A DNA stretch of 64,000 nucleotides from a virus (taxonomy: Duplodnaviria; Caudoviricetes): positions 32,001-96,000 of IMG/VR virus record IMGVR_UViG_2600255075_000001. One strand, 5' to 3'. Below the pieces are notes generated by a model. It had not been told where the DNA came from and did no database searches. It saw nothing but the letters and a program-made list of their open reading frames with translations. A program made the position numbers and the translations under genes. This document shows, piece after piece, positions 61,667 through 64,000 of this stretch; position 1 is the stretch's first letter; the number at the start of each line of letters is the position of its first letter.

Positions 61667-62203
61667 ATGGCTATTGTTAAACAACCGAGTGTATATGGTG
61701 TGGTCGAATTAAATCACATTGCAGCAGTTAAAACAGGTGAAATTAAAGCTCAATTCCCTTTGAATACAACTGATTTTGCATCTACACCAGCAGAAAATGG
61801 CATGCTATTAATCGTTGACGAAGTAATTGAAGACATCAAAAAACCAACTGGAATCACTAACTATGTCTATCTTCATGCTTCTGTAGAAAAAGACTACGAA
61901 GGCAAAGGGCGCAAACACTTCAGTGTAAAACCCGGTGAATTTCTTCCTAAATTGTTGAAATTGAAAAGAGGTGACACTTTCGAGACAAACAGCTTTGAAT
62001 ATGACACAGCGACCTATGCCAACTATGTGGCCATCACTGCGGCCATTAATAGCACTACAGTTTACGGAATTCCTTCTACATCTGGATACATTCGCATTGT
62101 TGCATCCCCCGGTGGTACCGAGGCAGTAACTCTAAAAGTTGTTAAAGGTGTTACTCTTCCCAACGGTGAACTCGGTCTTAAATTTGTCGTAGATAAAGGG
62201 TAG
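61667..62203 (+). CDS. Head decoration/structural protein (YonC-like)
   Basis: ENGMLL motif; directly upstream of the capsid gene. Confidence 0.6.
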   Translation: MAIVKQPSVYGVVELNHIAAVKTGEIKAQFPLNTTDFASTPAENGMLLIVDEVIEDIKKPTGITNYVYLHASVEKDYEGKGRKHFSVKPGEFLPKLLKLKRGDTFETNSFEYDTATYANYVAITAAINSTTVYGIPSTSGYIRIVASPGGTEAVTLKVVKGVTLPNGELGLKFVVDKG

Positions 62204-62240
62204 TAAATAAAAACTTAAAATACTAGGAGGATAATACACA

Positions 62241-63233
62241 ATGGCAGATATGACAATTAAACAACTTGCGGTCGCTGTTTATAAAAAACAAGCCCCCACT
62301 AACTTCTCTTTGAATGATATGGAAGGCGCATTGCGCGATAAATTCCGCGAACTTGCTTCAGATTTTAATACTTATCGTCGTAATAAAATTGAGATTTTTG
62401 AACTCATTGAGCAAGTAATCGATGAAGTCGCACCTAAAAAAATTATCGAAGCAATTGGTATGTTCGCAGAAGTCAAAACTTATGGTCAAGGTGAGCGCGC
62501 GCGCTTCAAACGTAAGCTTGGTCGTAATAATGTTAGACGCTTCATCACACGTGTTGGACTTGGTGGAATTTACGAACGTGTACGCTTGGATAGCGATTAT
62601 GTAGACGTTGCCACACATGCTTACGGCGGGGCTGCATATGTGGAATTCGAACAATTCCTAGATGGAACGATGGATTTCACCGATTTGGTCAATCTCATCA
62701 TCGATGGAATTGAATATAAAATTTTAGAAGAAGTACAAGCAGCACTCATCGCTACTTTTAATGGCCTTCCCGCAGCCAATAAAGCATCGGGTGCAGCTTT
62801 TGATGCGGCAGAAATGAGACGCTTGATTACAACTATTAAGGCATATGGCGGTAATGCGAACATCATTTGTACACCAGAATTCGCCGGTACAATTACGCCT
62901 GCATCTGGATTTGTCGGTGACCCAGACAAGGCAGATATGCGCAATCAAGGATATATTGGCCGTTTTGAAGGTGCGAATGTAATCGTACTTCCACAATCCT
63001 TTACTGATTCCAGTAACACAACCAAAGTTCTCAATCCTCAATTTGCTTTCATTGTACCTACCGGTGGTACAGAAGATGAAAAAATTGTAAAAGTGGCTCT
63101 TGAGGGGCAGACAGTTGTAAAAGAAGTACAAAATGCCGATGATTCCATGGAATTCCAAGCATACAAAAAAATCGGTAGCAATATTTTGTTCACTAATTAC
63201 TTTGCGGTTTATAAGAACACGGCTCTACAATAA
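62241..63233 (+). CDS. Major capsid protein (YonB-like)
   Basis: 330 aa; strong RBS; position in the head module; followed by a hairpin. Confidence 0.8.
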   Translation: MADMTIKQLAVAVYKKQAPTNFSLNDMEGALRDKFRELASDFNTYRRNKIEIFELIEQVIDEVAPKKIIEAIGMFAEVKTYGQGERARFKRKLGRNNVRRFITRVGLGGIYERVRLDSDYVDVATHAYGGAAYVEFEQFLDGTMDFTDLVNLIIDGIEYKILEEVQAALIATFNGLPAANKASGAAFDAAEMRRLITTIKAYGGNANIICTPEFAGTITPASGFVGDPDKADMRNQGYIGRFEGANVIVLPQSFTDSSNTTKVLNPQFAFIVPTGGTEDEKIVKVALEGQTVVKEVQNADDSMEFQAYKKIGSNILFTNYFAVYKNTALQ

Positions 63234-63243
63234 CATCCATTTT

Positions 63244-63272
63244 TGAGGACGGATAATCCCGTCCTCTATTAT
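63244..63272 (+). terminator. Hairpin after the capsid gene
   Basis: GAGGACGG-N6-CCGTCCTC followed by TATTAT. Confidence 0.6.
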
Positions 63273-63301
63273 TAAATTATAAAGGGAGCGAATATTTCAA
63301 T

Positions 63302-63790
63302 ATGGCAAATCGAAAACTAACTGATAAAACTATGGTCTCAGTCTTTAATAATAACGGCGGTGTTGTATTCTATTATTCTGAACTCAATAGAGTAAAACGA
63401 AGATGGGATAAGCCAAACGTAGACAAGAAAATATCTCTTGAAGAATTGAAAGAACTAGTAAATACCGCGGGTGGTTATGAACTTCTACGTGATGACCTTT
63501 TAATCACAGACATTGATGTGCGCGAAGAATTAGGTCTACCCGTAGAAAAAGAATATATGCTTGATGATCAAGGAATCAAAGAATTGCTCTGTAGATCACA
63601 AGAAGATTTGGAAGAAGTTCTTAGTAATGCTTCAGACGCAATCAAAGAAAAAATTGCACATGTTGCGATACTAATTCAACTTGCCGACTTGAATAAAATT
63701 GAAGTCATAAAGGCCAATACTGGCATCGATATTCTTTCTGCAATCCAACAAGGAAAAGAAGATCAAAAAACAGGCGTAAAGACTAAATAA
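63302..63790 (+). CDS. Phage structural-module protein (YonA-like)
   Basis: 162-aa ORF after the capsid gene. Confidence 0.6.
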   Translation: MANRKLTDKTMVSVFNNNGGVVFYYSELNRVKRRWDKPNVDKKISLEELKELVNTAGGYELLRDDLLITDIDVREELGLPVEKEYMLDDQGIKELLCRSQEDLEEVLSNASDAIKEKIAHVAILIQLADLNKIEVIKANTGIDILSAIQQGKEDQKTGVKTK

Positions 63791-63803
63791 AGGAGAGGTA
63801 TGC

Positions 63804-64000
63804 TTGCCCACTCCATTTTCTAAGGTGTTTTCTATTTTCACTGGTAAAATTCAAGATGACCTCTACTCTATCCTTTCTGTAGAGGAAGCCGAACTTGATA
63901 TGATAGATTTGTTAAATGAATCAATCGTTAAATTTGAATTCCCTAAAGAGGATATAAGAAATAAAGACGACTTAATTAAGGAGTTCATAGAAGATTTATC
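63804..64000 (+). CDS. Head-tail connector-like protein (partial)
   Basis: TTG start after AGGAGAGG; MPTPFSKVFSIFTGKIQDD...; open to the window end. Confidence 0.6.
   Translation, partial: MPTPFSKVFSIFTGKIQDDLYSILSVEEAELDMIDLLNESIVKFEFPKEDIRNKDDLIKEFIEDL

Larger units (their letters stand above)
1..64000. mobile_element. SPbeta-like large temperate phage/prophage (partial)
   Basis: YonO, HU, terL, portal, protease and capsid synteny; YopQ/YopR-like pair; many small co-oriented early ORFs. Confidence 0.92.

Overview
An AT-rich 64-kb segment of a large SPbeta-like temperate phage or prophage of a spore-forming Bacillales host (Paenibacillus-like is an inference). Positions 1-50346 hold almost entirely minus-strand early and accessory genes: DNA methyltransferases, thymidylate kinase, an SSB/AAA pair, tRNA-CAU, RNA and DNA ligases, a YopQ/MrpR-like lysogeny pair, an orphan MazF, RsfA, a TA pair and a tyrosine recombinase. 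Positions 50499-64000 hold the plus-strand late module: YonO-type RNA polymerase, HU, phosphoesterase, terminase, portal, protease/scaffold and capsid. Highlights: (1) about 40 copies of an 18-bp palindrome, ATRAAA-N6-TTTYAT, at gene junctions, often supplying the stop codon and abutting the next RBS, which suggests a cassette-like gene-shuffling system; (2) a kinase-less agr-like peptide cassette (AgrB, an unannotated AgrD, a membrane sensor and a receiver-less LytTR) beside the master repressor; (3) a cas-less type I-C mini-CRISPR array, one spacer of which encodes a diverged homolog of this phage's own gene; (4) ATC start codons on the RNA polymerase and portal genes. All calls were made by eye from motifs; no database searches were run.
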